From positions 17,484,001 through 17,548,000 of the forward strand of contig NC_086108.1 in the NCBI RefSeq assembly GCF_963921235.1: a stretch of 64,000 nucleotides of DNA, in the 5' to 3' direction. This stretch comes from Mobula hypostoma (lineage: Eukaryota). Under the pieces are notes generated by a model. It saw nothing but the letters and a program-made list of their open reading frames with translations, was not told the origin of the DNA and did not search any database. The translations under genes were made by a program, and so were the position numbers. Shown here one piece after another: positions 27,771 to 40,209 of the stretch; positions within the stretch are counted from its first letter, which is position 1, and every line of letters begins with the position of its first letter.

Positions 27771-28414
27771 TAAAACAATTTCTGTCAGAGGTAGTTAATG
27801 CAGCACCAGAGGTGCTGACACCATCACCTGCTTAATATATGACATTGGAATTCAGGTGACTTGTGACAGGGCAGCCTTCAGGAACATGAGCATTCAGTCC
27901 CTTGTGACCGTTCCATCATTCTATGAGGTTATGGCTGCTCTCCTTTAGCAAGAATCCCATCACTGAACTCCATGTGTGTGTGAACAAGTCACAATTGGTT
28001 CATTGCTAAATAAATCTATATTCTCTGCAGTCAATCTATCAGCCATCGATTCTCTGCCTCTATAATCCACCTCTGGTTTCTGGGCTCCATTCATTATTCC
28101 TGGCTGCATGGGTTTGCTGCTGGAGTTTCAAAGTGCACCTGGAATTCCCCCAGGATCTTCCCAGCAGCTCAGATGCGGGGCTGACCAATTTTAAAAGGGC
28201 ACTTTAAAAAGACCAAAGGCTCATTTTCTTAGCCTGCTTGATGTTATTTCAGAAACAGAATCACATATGTATGTCATGAAATATGTTGTTTTGCAGTGTA
28301 AGATGTAAAAATTACTATAAGTCACAATAAATAAATAGTGAGAAAGAGGAATGTAGTAGAAGAAGAGAATTATAGGCATGTTCAGGAGGAAAGGAATAAT
28401 CAAAAACTCCTGTT

Positions 28415-28755
28415 AATGAAAAGCAAAAAACTCTCAGTTGCTGGAAATCGGAAATAAAAGTTGAAAATGCTGGAAACTCTTTGCAGGTCAGGTAGAATCT
28501 GTGGATAGAGAAACTGTTAAACATTTCAGGTCTCAGTGGTGGATCCCAGACCTGAACCATTAACTAGAACATACAGCAGTACAATACAAGAACAGACTCT
28601 GGCCCACAGTGTTATGCTGAGCTAATTAAGCTGATGACAACTAATTCCTGCTGTCTGTCCACAGTTCATATCCCCTCCCCATTCTCTTTGTTCCGTTGCT
28701 CTTTCCACAGATGCTGCCTGACCTGTCAAATTATTCCAGTATTTTCTGCTTTGTC
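28415..28755. repeat. Degenerate palindromic Penelope-terminus-derived element split by a CR1 tail (about 28566-28695)
   Basis: Left arm aaaatgctggaaact...caggtcagg..gaatctgtgga is complementary to the right arm tccacagatgctgcctgacctg...ttccagtatttt. Confidence 0.55.
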
Positions 28756-30121
28756 AATTGTTCATGAACTTTATTGGAAGCACTGTGTTTGAGGTTGGGA
28801 AGTGACTTGGCTGTGGAGATCCACACTGTTTAATAGACAGTGTGTGGACATAAATTAGAGAAAAGCAAAGGAGGAACATGAGTGAATATCTTCAGAGGGT
28901 GAGATGGGTGATGGCGTGGCGGGGATGTAGCAGGAGAGCTGTGTGGACTCTCTGAAGACAGAATGGAAGGAGTTAATCTGGAACTTCTTGTGAGCCGGAC
29001 TCTGGGATGATGGGGTTAGCTGGCAGCAAGTCCAGGATCTGGATCCATTAGCAGCCTGGATACTAACTCCCAGAGGCCGGTGCTGTCACATTGCATTATC
29101 CAGATAACTGGCCCTCTGAGTATCCCAGCCTTTCACCACAACACCTCAACTGCCCCCTAAAAATAGAAGGTGGTGGCTTCCTTCTGGCTGACTACACCGA
29201 ATACAAGTAGCAGCAGTGTATTTAACTCTGCCAGTCCTGTAGAAAAGCCAATGCTGGATTTCAGAGAAGCAGAGGGACTCTGTGATGGAGGGTGAGTGAG
29301 TGGAAGCTATGTGATTGCTGCTCACCAGTGCACACAACCACACTTCCCTCATTGCCCAAGGAGACTGTTGAGCCCCTGGTGTTCTTCCTATCCTGGGAGA
29401 TGCTCAAGTTCTCCAATATCAATTAGTTCTAGAGGGAGTTCAGAGCTTTGCACCATTATACTCAGGAGTTTATTTTCTTGCTTGATTCTGATACCAGTTA
29501 TAAGATTAACCTTTAACTGTGTCAGAGGCAGCCTCCAACTTTCTACACCCACAGCTTCATTTAAAACCGTGCTCCATAGCAACTCTTTCTGTAGCCATGG
29601 CAACCTCACATCTAACCTTGAGCATCTCTTCCCAGATGGAAGAGCCTTCATCTACTCTGCCTTTTCTGTTAACCTGGACTCAATCAGCCTCTCAGCATTG
29701 CTTCTTGAGTTTGAATAACCCCTATGTGCCTTGATCATGAGAAGGAGATGAAGCGCAGTTTATCCAAGCGCTGTCTGGTTGGCCTCAGAACATAGTACAG
29801 CACAGGACAGGCCTTTCAGGTTGTGGTGTCTGTATCAACTGTGATGTCAATTTAGGTTAGTCCCATCAGACTTCAGGTGGTCTGTATCCCTCCCTCTCTG
29901 CTTGTTCATGAGCCTCTTTAAATGACTCTTAAACCTTGCTATTGTATCTGCTTCCACCACTTGCCCTGGCAACACATTCCAAGCACCTCCACTCTGACAA
30001 AAACTTGTACATTTTCTTTAAACTTTTCTCCTCTCACCAATGTCTCTAGTATTTGACATTTCCAATTTAGGAGACCAACTATCTACCCTAGCTGTGCTCT
30101 TTATAATGTTATATATTTCGA

Positions 30122-30915
30122 ACATGCTGCCTAACAGTGACTTCTTCACTTGCATCTTCAGAAACAGCTCTATCTTTAATATCCCTTTTTTCCCTTTTCA
30201 GAGTTCTTTTGAAGATCCTGACCCAGAGTTACACGCTGACTTCAGTTTTTTGCAGAAATGGGACTCATTCTCAGGGCCTCACGACCAGCTGCTTTTCGAC
30301 ATGCCTGGAAGACTAGCGCTCCTTCAGGGTGCCGGATTTTCATGGCTCAGGAGATGGGCGGATTCAAGGCCGGTGCCGTCACCAGATGTATTGTGGGAGT
30401 ACACGGAAGATCGAAAGCAGCGAGCTGGCTGCTGGCTGTGTGCCCGAAGACCGGAGTTCTTTGGGCACAGAGCTCGGAAAAAGCGATGCAACAGAAATTT
30501 AACACCATAAATCAGTGAGCTGATTTGTTATGTCTCCTCTCTTGCTGTGAAACTGGGACACCTCCTTTTCCCTTATTAGGGAGAGAGAGAGCCTGTGGTC
30601 TGTCGAATTACCGGGTGAATTTGCAGTCCTTGGGTTACTGCAAGTCTGTGACTTTATTGATGCTTTGCTACATGCTTGAGTGCTTGGTGGCGGGTGCCAA
30701 TGCTTTTTGCAAGTGGGGGAGGGGGGGGTCATTACTTTGCTGTTGCCTATGCATGGGAGGGGGGAGTTAAGGGAAGCTTTGCGGTTCTAACATTTAACTG
30801 TCATTCATTCTTTGGGACACTCCTCTGTTTTTGTAGATGTTTATGAAGAAAAAGAATTTCAGGATATATATTGGATACAGTTCTTTGACATTAAATGTAC
30901 CTATTGAAATTGAAA
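30122..30915 (+). mobile_element. Non-autonomous LINE-derived element with Rex1/L2-like tail
   Basis: Non-coding, GC-rich body ending ...gacattaaatgtacctattgaaattgaaat. Confidence 0.5.
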
Positions 30916-32330
30916 TCTCAGTCTTTGCCACTCTACAGAAAGTGATGCATTTGTCCAACCTCACCTTTTAGCTAATATTGTGTACACCAGGTAATATCTG
31001 GAGAAACATCTTCAGCACCCTCTCCAAAGTCTCTATATCTCTGAATTTTTTCAATGATTTTAAGTTGCCTGGCCCCCACCACTTTATTTTCACCATGGAT
31101 GTCCAGTCCCTATATACTTCCACCCCCCACCAGGAAGGTCTCAAAGCTCTCCGCTTCTTTTTGGATTCTAGACCTAACCAGTTCCCCTCTACCAACACTC
31201 TGCTCCGTCTAGTGGAATTAGTCCTTACTCTTAATAATTTCTCCTTTGGCTCCTCCCACTTCCTCCAAACTAAAGGTGTAACCATGGGCACCCATATGGG
31301 TCCCAGCTATGCCTGCCTTTTAGTCGGCTTTGTGGAACAATCAATGTTCCAAACCTATTCTGGTACCTGTCCCCCACTTTTCCTTCGCTATATCAACGAC
31401 TGCATTGGCGCTGCTTCCTGCACGCATGCTGAGCTCGTTGACTTCATTAACTTTGCCTCCAACTTTCACCCTGCCCTCAAGTTTACCTGGTCCATTTCCA
31501 ACACCTCCCTCCCCTTTCTTGATCTTTCTGTCTCTATCTCTGGAGCCAGTTTATCTACTGATGTCTACTATAAGCCTACTGACTCTCACAGCTATCTGGA
31601 CTATTCCTCTTCTCACCCTGTCTCTTGCAAAAATGTCATCTCCTTCTCGCAATTCCTCCGTCTCTGCTGCATCTGCTCTCAGGATGAGGCTTTTCATTCC
31701 AGGACAAAGGAGATGTCCTCCTTTTTAAAAGAAAGGGGCTTTCCTTCCTCCACCATCAATTCTGCTATCAAACGCATCTCCCCCATTTCACGCACATCTG
31801 CTCTCACTCCATCCTCCCGCCACCCCACTAAGAATAGGGTTCCCCCTGTCCTCACCTACCACCCCACCAGCCTCTGGGTCCAACATATAATTCTTCGTAA
31901 CTTCTGCCACCTCCAATGGGATCCCACCACTAAGCACATCTTTCCCTCATCCCCTCTCTCTGCTGTCAGCAGGGATCGCTCCCTACGTGACTCCCTTGTC
32001 CATTCGTCCCCCCCCATCCCTTCCCACCGATCTCCCTCCCGGCACTTATCCTTGTAAGCGGAACAAGTGCGACACATGCCCTTACACTTCCTCCCTCACT
32101 ACCATTCAGGGCCACAAACAGTCCTTCCAGGTGAGGCGACACTTCACCTGTGAGTCAGCTGGGGTGATAAACTGCGTCCGGTGCTCCCGATGCGGCCTTC
32201 TATATATTGGTGAGACCCGATGCAGGCTGGGAGACCATTTCGCTGAACACCTATACTTTGTCCGCCAGAGAAAGCAGGATCTCCCAGTGGCCATACATTT
32301 TAATTCCACGTCCCATTCCCATTCTGATAT

Positions 32331-35174
32331 TGATGCAGATTGTTATTAATGATTATGATATAGTTGGGATCACAGAGACATGGCTCCAGGGTGACCAGGG
32401 ATGGGAGCTCAACGTTCAGGGATATTCAATATTCAGGAGGGATAGACATGAAGGAAGGGGAGGTGGGGTGGCGTTGCTGGTTAAAAAAGAGATTAACGCA
32501 ATAGAAAGGAAGGACATAAGCCGGGAAGATGTGGAATCGATATGGGTAGAGCTGCGTAACACTAAGGGGCAGAAGACGCTGGTGGGAGTTGTGTACAGGC
32601 CACCTAACAGTAGTAGTGAGGTCGGAGATGGTATTAAACAGGAAATTAGAAATGTGTGCAATAAAGGAACAGCAGTTATAATGGGTGACTTCAATCTACA
32701 TGTAGACTGGGTGAACCAAATTGGTAAAGGTGCTGAGGAAGAGGATTTCTTGGAATGTATGCGGGATGGTTTTTTGAACCAACATGTCGAGGAACCAACT
32801 AGAGAGCAGGCTATTCTGGACTGGGTTTTGAGCAATGAGGAAGGGTTAATTAGCGATCTTGTCGTGAGAGGCCCCTTGGGTAAGAGTGACCATAATATGG
32901 TGGAATTCTTCATTAACATGGAGAGTGACATAGTTAATTCAGAAACAAAGGTTCTGAACTTAAAGAGGGGTAACTTTGAAGGTATGAGACGTGAATTAGC
33001 TAAGATAGACTGGCAAATGACACTTAAAGGATTGACGGTGGATATGCAATGGCTAGCATTTAAAGGTTGCATGGATGAACTACAACAATTGTTCATCCCA
33101 GTTTGGCAAAAGAATAAATCAAGGAAGATAGTGCACCCGTGGCTGACAAGAGAAATTAGGGATAGTATCAATTCCAAAGAAGTAGCATACAAATTAGCCA
33201 GAGAAAGTGGCTCACCTGAGGACTGGGAGAAATTCAGAGTTCAGCAGAGGAGGACAAAGGGCTTAATTAGGAAGGGGAAAAAAGATTATGAGAGAAAACT
33301 GGCAGAGAACATAAAAACGGACTGTAAAAGCTTTTATAGATACGTAAAAAGGAAAAGACTGATAAAGACAAATGTAGGTCCCCTGCAGACAGAAACAGGT
33401 GAATTGATTATGGGGAGCAAGGACATGGCAGACCAATTGAATAATTACTTTGGTTCTGTCTTCACTAAGGAGGACATAAATAATCTTCCAGAAATAGTAA
33501 GGGACAGAGGGTCCAGTGAGATGGAGGAACTGAGTGAAATACATGTTAGTAGGGAAGTGGTGTTAGGTAAATTGAAGGGATTGAAGGCAGATAAATCCCC
33601 AGGGCCAGATGGTCTGCATCCCAGAGTGCTTAAGGAAGTAGCCCAAGAAATAGTGGATACATTAGTGATAATTTTTCAAAACTCGTTAGATTCTGGACTA
33701 GTTCCTGAGGATTGGAGGGTGGCTAATGTAACCCCACTTTTTAAAAAAGGAGGGAGAGAGAAACCGGGGAATTATAGGCCGGTTAGCCTAACGTCGGTGG
33801 TGGGGAAACTGCTGGAGTCAGTTATCAAGGATGTGATAACAGCACATTTGGAAAGCGGTGAAATGATCGGACAAAGTCAGCATGGATTTGTGAAAGGAAA
33901 ATCATGTCTGACGAATCTCACAGAATTTTTTGAGGATGTAACTAGTAGAGTGGATAGGGGAGAACCAGTGGATGTGGTATATTTGGATTTTCAAAAGGCT
34001 TTTGACAAGGTCCCACACAGGAGATTAGTGTGCAAACTTAAAGCACACGGTATTGGGGGTAAGGTATTGGTGTGGGTGGAGAATTGGTTAGCAGACAGGA
34101 AGCAAAGAGTGGGAATAAACGGGACCTTTTCAGAATGGCAGGTGGTGACTAGTGGGGTACCGCAAGGCTCAGTGCTGGGACCCCAGTTGTTTACAATATA
34201 TATTAATGACTTGGATGAGGGAATTAAATGCAGCATCTCCAAGTTTGCGGATGACACGAAGCTGGGTGGCAGTGTTAGCAGTGAGGAGGATGCTAAGAGG
34301 ATGCAGGGTGACTTGGATAGGTTGGGTGAGTGGGCAAACTCATGGCAGATGCAATTTAATGTGGATAAATGTGAAGTTATCCACTTTGGTGGCAAAAATA
34401 GGAAAACAGATTATTATCTGAATGGTGGCCGATTAGGAAAAGGGGAGGTGCAACGAGACCTGGGTGTCATTATACACCAGTCATTGAAAGTGGGCATGCA
34501 GGTACAGCAGGCGGTGAAAAAGGCGAATGGTATGCTGGCATTTATAGTGAGAGGATTCGAGTACAGGAGCAGGGAGGTACTACTGCAGTTGTACAAGGCC
34601 TTGGTGAGACCACACCTGGAGTATTGTGTGCAGTTTTGGTCCCCTAATCTGAGGAAAGACATCTTTGCCATAGAGGGAGTACAAAGAAGGTTCACCAGAT
34701 TGATTCCTGGGATGGCAGGTCTTTCATATGAAGAAAGACTGGATGAACTGGGCTTGTACTCGTTGGAATTTAGAAGATTGAGGGGGGATCTGATTGAAAC
34801 GTATAAGATCCTAAAGGGATTGGACAGGGTAGATGCGGGAAGATTGTTCCCGATGTTGGGGAGGTCCAGAACGAGGGGTCACAGTTTGAGGATAGAGGGG
34901 AAGCCTTTTAGGACCGAGATTAGGAAAAATTTCTTCACACAGAGAGTGGTGAATCTGTGGAATTCTCTGCCACAGCAAACTGTTGAGGCTAGTTCATTGG
35001 CTATGTTTAAGAGGGAGTTAGATATGGCCCTTGTGGCTACAGGGGTCAGGGGGTATGGAGGGAAGGCTGGGTTCTGAGTTGGATGATCAGCCATGATCAT
35101 AATAAATGGCGGTGCAGGCTCGAAGGGCCGAATGGCCTACTCCTGCACCTATTTTCTATGTTTCTATGTTTCTA
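32331..35174 (+). mobile_element. Young CR1 LINE with uninterrupted ORF2 (endonuclease plus RT), lacking only the extreme N-terminus
   Basis: Open frame to the stop at 35077 (GITETWL, MGDFN, SDHN, FADD). Tail (tttctatg)n. 6-bp TSD TGATAT at 32325-32330 and 35175-35180. Confidence 0.96.
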
Positions 35175-35519
35175 TGATATGTCTATCCACGGCCTCCTCT
35201 ACTGTCAAGATGAAGCCACACTCAAGTTGGAGGAACAACACCTTATATTCCGTTTGGGTAGCCTCCAACCTGATGGCATGAACATTGACTTCTCTAACTT
35301 CTGTTAATGCCCCACCTCCCCTTCGTACCCCATCCATTATTTATTTATTTATTTATTTATTATTATATCTTTTTTTCTCTCTCCTTTTTCTCCCTCTGTC
35401 CCTCTCACTATACTCCTTGCCCATCCTCTGGGCTTCCCCCCTCCCCCTCCTGTCTTCTCTTATCATTTTGGATCTCCCCCTCCCCCTCCCACTTTGAAAT
35501 CTCTTACTATATCTTCTTT

Positions 35520-35561
35520 CAGTTAGTCCTGATGAAGGGTCTTGGCCCGAAATGTCAACTG
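35520..35561 (+). ncRNA. Minimal type I hammerhead ribozyme motif in the Penelope 3' terminal repeat (mutated)
   Basis: agtc CTGATGA a gggtcttggccc GAAA tgtc aact. CpG-type changes relative to the 52127 copy. Confidence 0.6.
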
Positions 35562-36140
35562 TACCTCTTCCTATAGATGCTACCTGGCCTGCTGCGTTCA
35601 CCAACAATTTTTATGTGTGTTGCTCTTTATATCCTTTCTGTAACATGACAACCAGGACTGCATGCAATATTCTAAAAGTGGTTTAACCAAAGTTTTATAT
35701 AGCTGCAACATGACTTGGTGATTCTTATACTCAGTGCCCTAACCAATGAAATCAGGTTTGACAGATGCAATCTTTATAATCCTACCTACATGTGCTGCTG
35801 CTTCCAGGAAGCTAGACAATCTGCACATCAATGCCCTTTAAGGTCCTTCCACTTACTGTAAATTTCCCCTTTATATTTGACTTTCTAAGGATAAAACTCC
35901 ATCTGCCATTTCCCTGCCCATGTCTGCCACTGATCTATATCCTCTGGCAACATTCCTCACCATCCACAACACTGACAATTTTTGTAGTCCTCTGCAAACT
36001 CACTCATCAACCCACCCACATTTTCAGCAAAATCATCTATGTAAATCACAAAGGGAATTCTTCTTGCAGCTTAACTTTATGCTTGCTTATGTTTGTATAA
36101 TTATACTGTTTATCTGAAAATGGTAAATGGATTTTCAGTC

Positions 36141-36365
36141 AATGCAGACAAAATGCTGAAGGAACTCAGCAGCCCGGGCAGCATCTATAGAAAAGAGTAC
36201 AGTCGACATTTCAAGCCAAGGCTCTTCATCAGTCCTGATGAAGGGTCTTGGCCAGAAACGACTGTTGACTCTTTTCCATAGATGCTGCCTGGCCTGCTGA
36301 TTTCCTCCAGCAATTTATGTCTGTTGCTTGGATTTCCAGCATGTACAGATTTTCTTGAGTTTGCA
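36141..36365. repeat. Palindromic element formed by two back-to-back Penelope termini
   Basis: Arms about 36143-36232 and 36235-36325 are reverse complements centred on TTCATCAG-tc-CTGATGAA. Confidence 0.85.
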
Positions 36366-36464
36366 ATTGATTTTTAGTAATTTGTAGCATAACTGGTTCT
36401 GTATTTTTGTAGTTTCTTTGTTTGCAAACATGTGTCATGCCGACATAATTCAAACTACCTCATA

Positions 36465-36760
36465 GTTCAAAGTTCAAATTTATTATCAAACTATGTATAT
36501 CATATACAGCCTTGAGATTCATCTTCTTGCAGGTACTCACAAAACAAAGAAACACAATAGAATCCATGAAAAACTACACACAACAAAGACCGACAAACAT
36601 CCAAAGTACAAAGGAGGATAAATCGCGTGACTAGTAAAAAAGTAAACAAATACACATGGAACACAAACTGAAGGATCTCCGAAAGTGAGTCCACAGCTGT
36701 GGATCCCATTCTGTGCAGAGGCGTGTGAAGCCTGTCTAGGAGCCCGATGGCTGCAAGACA
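36465..36760 (-). mobile_element. Rex1/Babar-like LINE 3' tail
   Basis: agttcaaagttcaaatttattatcaa tail, homologous to 51560-51892 in reverse. Confidence 0.6.
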
Positions 36761-36762
36761 AC

Positions 36763-38409
36763 AACATACTTCTCTTTGGTATTCACCAATGAGAGGGAAC
36801 TTGATGACGATGAGGACAATATGAGTGAGGTTGATGTTCTGCAGCATGTTGATATTAAGGCAGAGGAGGTATTGGAGTTATTAAAATACATTCGGACGGA
36901 TAAGTCCCTGGGGCCTGACGGAGTGTTCCCCAGGCTGCTCCACAAGGCGAGGGAAGAGATTGTTGATCCTCTTTATGTCCTCGTTGTCCACGGGAATGGT
37001 ACTGGAGGATTGGAGGGAGGCAAATGTTGTCCCCTTGTTCAAAAAAGGTAGTAGGGATAGTCCGGGTAATTACAGACCACTGAGCCTTATGTCTGTGGTG
37101 GAAAAGCTGTTGGAAAAGATTCTCAGAGATAGGATCTATGGGCATTTAGAGAATCATGGTTCGATCAGGGACAGTCAACATGGCTTTGTGAAGGGCAGAT
37201 CGTGTCTAACAAGGCTGATAGAGTTCTTTGAGGAGGTGACTAGGCATATAGATGAGTGTAGTACAGTGGATGTGATCTACATGGATTTTAGTAAGGCATT
37301 TGACAAGGTTCCACATGGTAGGCTTATTCAGAACGCCAGAAGGCATGGGATCCAGGGAAGTTTGGCCAGGTGAATTCAGTATTGGCTTGCCTGCAGAAGG
37401 CAGAGGGTTGTGGTGGAGGGAAAACATTCGGATTGGAGGGTTGTGACTAGTGGTGTCCCACAAGGATTGGTTCTGGGACCTCTACTTTTCGTGATTTTTA
37501 TTACCGACCTGGATGTGGGGGCAGAAGGGTGGGCTGGCAAGTTTACAGATGACACAAAGGTTGGTGGTGTTGTGGATAGTGTGGAGGACTGTTGAAGATT
37601 GCAGAGAGACATTGATAGGATACAGAAGTGGGCCGAGAAATGGCAGATGGAGTTCAACCCGGAGAAGTGTGAGGTGGTACACTTTGGAAGGACAAACTCC
37701 AAGGCAGGGTACAAGGTAAATGGCAGGATACTTGGTAGTGTGGAGGAGCAGAGGGATCTGGGGGTACATGTCCATAGATCCCTGAAAGTTGCCTCACAGG
37801 TAGATAGGGTAGTTAAGAAAGCTTATGGGGTGTTAGCTTTAAGAGTCACGAGGTAATGATGCAGCTCTATAAAACTCTGGTTAGGCCACACTTGGAGTAC
37901 TGTGTCCAGTTCTGGTCACCTCACTACAGGAAGGATGTGGAAGCATTGGAAAGGGTACAAAGGAGATTTACCAGGATGCTGCCTGGTTTAGAGAGTATGC
38001 ATTACAATCAGAGATTAAGGGTGCTGGGGCTTTACTCTTTGGAGAGAAGGAGGATGAGAGGAGACATGATAGAGGTGTACAAGATAATAAGAGGAATAGA
38101 TAAGAGTGGATAGCCAGCGCCTCTTCCCCAGGGCACCACTGCTCAATACAAGAAGACATGGCTTTAAGGTAAGGGGTTGGAAGTTCAAGAAGGATATTAG
38201 AGGAAGGTTTTTTACTCAGAGAGGTTGATGTGTGGAATGCACTACCTGAGTCAGTGGATACACTAGTGAAATTTAAGACTACTTGACAGGTATATGGAGG
38301 AATTTAAGGTGGGTGGGGGGTTATATGGGAGGCAGGGTTTAAGGGTCAGCACAACATTGTGGGCCGAAGGGCCTGTACCATGCTGTAGTATTCTATGTTC
38401 TATGTTCTA
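36763..38409 (+). mobile_element. 5'-truncated CR1 LINE, degraded
   Basis: ORF pieces 36960-37373, 37410-37595, 37599-37856 and 37856-38113. Tail ttctatgttctatgttcta. Confidence 0.92.
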
Positions 38410-39448
38410 ATTTGCTGGTATTTAATTGAATTCATTCTTCCCTCTACCAGTGAAATATTCCCTGTGCACTGGCTGCAATACAAGCCTAAAGCATGATCAA
38501 TCCACCCCCATGCTTAACAGTGGAGAGGTGTTCTTTTTATGAAATTCTGCCCCCTTTTGTCTCCAAACATACCTTTGCTCATTGCGGCCAGAAAGTTCTA
38601 TTTTAACTTCATCTGTCCAAGGACTTGTTTCCAAAATGCATCAGGCTTGTTTAGATGTTCCTTTGCAAACTTCTGACGCTGAATTTTGTGGTGAGGATGC
38701 AGGAAAGGTTTTCTTCTGATGACTCTTCCATGAAGGTCATATTTGTGCAGGTGTCGCTGCACAGAGGAACATTGCACCACCACTCCAGGGTCTGCTAAAT
38801 CTTCCTGAAGGTCTTTTGCAGTCAAACGGGGGTTTTGATTTGCCTTTCTAGCAATCCTACAAGCAGTTCTCTTGGAAGGTTTTCTTGGTCTTCCAGGCCT
38901 CAACTTGGCCTCCACCGTTCCTGGTAACTGCCATTTCTTAATTACATTACGAACTGAGACAACAGCTACCTGAAAACACTTTGCTATCTTCTTATAGCCT
39001 TCTCCTGCTTTGTGGGCATCATTTATTTTAATTTTCAGAGTGCTAGGCAGCTGCTTAGAGGAGCCCATGGCTGCTGATTGTTGGGACAAGGTTTGAGGAG
39101 TCAGGGTATTTATAAAGCTTTGAAATTTGCATCACCTGGGCTTTCCTAATGATGACTGTGAACAAGTCATAGCCCTAACAAGCTAATTAAGGTCTGAGAC
39201 CTTGGTAAAAATTAACTGAGAACTCAAATCTCTTGGGGTGCCCAAACTTTTGCATGGTGCTCCTTTCCTTTTTTTCCACTCTAAAATTGTACAAAACAAA
39301 AATAATACACTAATCTTGCTAAAATGTTGAAAAGAAGGATTGATCTTTAACTTTATGACTTTTGGAGATCAGTTCATCTTCTACTCACGTAATTATTCAC
39401 AGTAACAGAAATTTTGACCAGGGGTGTCCAAACTTTTGCATGCTACTG
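38410..39448 (-). mobile_element. Tc1 transposon, 5' half (IR/DR-type left end plus N-terminal transposase)
   Basis: ORF 38598-39089 with HKAGEGYKKIAK and GRPRK paired-like HTH. TIR CAGTAGCATGCAAAAGTTTGGACACCCC flanked by TA (39449-39450). Inner direct repeat near 39235-39256. Confidence 0.92.
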
Positions 39449-39867
39449 TATATATAGTAGGGGTGCCTAAGACTTTTGCACATTACTGTAGTAACTTATG
39501 TATTGTATTGTAGCACTGTCACAGAAAAAAACAAATTTCATGACCTATATGAGTAATGATAAACCTGATTCTGATATGAGTCTCTATTGTGAACTGAGAG
39601 AGAGAGAGAGTGGATCATGATTTGGAAAAGGGAAAGGAAGAGGGAAGAACCAGAGAGCTATTTTGTAATGATCAATAAACCAATTGTTTGGAATCAAATG
39701 ACCTTGCCTGGTGTTTCACTGCTGGGTGTGACTGCATCTGTGCCATCCCCTGCCCTGGCACTCCTTTTCTGCCACCTGTCCCACATCCCTCCCACCCTTG
39801 CTGTTCCCAACATCCTTTGCTCCTGTCAGACTTACAAACTTGCCCTTCGCTCCATGTTAACAAATAG

Positions 39868-39916
39868 AGTACTGTACAAAAGTCTTAGGCACTATGTAAG
39901 ACTTTTGTACAGTACT
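39868..39916. mobile_element. Tc1/mariner-type mini-MITE: perfect 20-bp inverted repeat with 9-bp spacer; a related half copy is at about 39461-39490
   Basis: AGTACTGTACAAAAGTCTTA-ggcactatg-TAAGACTTTTGTACAGTACT. Confidence 0.8.
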
Positions 39917-39919
39917 ATT

Positions 39920-40207
39920 TGACTGTTTGGATAGACAGACATAGTCAGCATGGCTTTGTGCATGGTAGGTCATGTCTAACCAATCTTTTTAAGTTTTTCA
40001 AGGAAGTTACCAGGAAAGTTGATGAAGGCAAGGTCGTGGACATTTTCTACATTGACTTTAGCAAGGCACTTGACAAGGCCCCACATGGGAGGTTGGTCAA
40101 GAAAGTTCAGTTGCTCAGCATTCAGAATGAGGTAGTAAATGGGATTACACATTGGCTTTGTGAGAGAAGCCAGAGAGTGGCAGTAGATGGTTGCCTCTCT
40201 GACTGGT
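39920..40207 (+). mobile_element. CR1 RT internal fragment
   Basis: SQHGFVHGRSCLTNL...DFSKALDKAPH. Confidence 0.8.
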
Positions 40208-40209
40208 AA

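Larger units (their letters stand above)
31040..35623 (+). mobile_element. Penelope-like element (Neptune-type; RT plus GIY-YIG), 5'-truncated and split by a CR1
   Basis: RT FTMDVQSLYT, QTKGVTMGTHMGPSYA, LRYINDC and DVYYKPTD. Linker CKRNKCDTC. GIY-YIG GVINCVRCSRCGLLYIGET, continuing after the CR1 as MSIHGLL...EEQHLIFRLGSLQPDGMN. Near-TSD TCTCTATATC (31030-31039) / TCTTTATATC (35624-35633). Confidence 0.92.
29785..36050 (-). mobile_element. Old CR1 scaffold (about 29785-30120, 30915-31039, 35624-36050) hosting nested insertions
   Basis: Tail agaacatagtacagcacaggacaggcc. RT remnants are colinear on both sides of the Penelope element. Confidence 0.65.

Noticed and set aside
28980..29780. Possible ancient Harbinger-like or pseudogene remnant (DPLAAWILTP; ORF 29388-29651)
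   Set aside because: The motif resemblance is too weak, with no TIRs or TSD. It needs an HMM search.
32416..34695. Long antisense ORFs (258, 134 and 93 aa)
   Set aside because: They are shadow frames on the opposite strand of CR1 ORF2 and recur in other CR1 copies.
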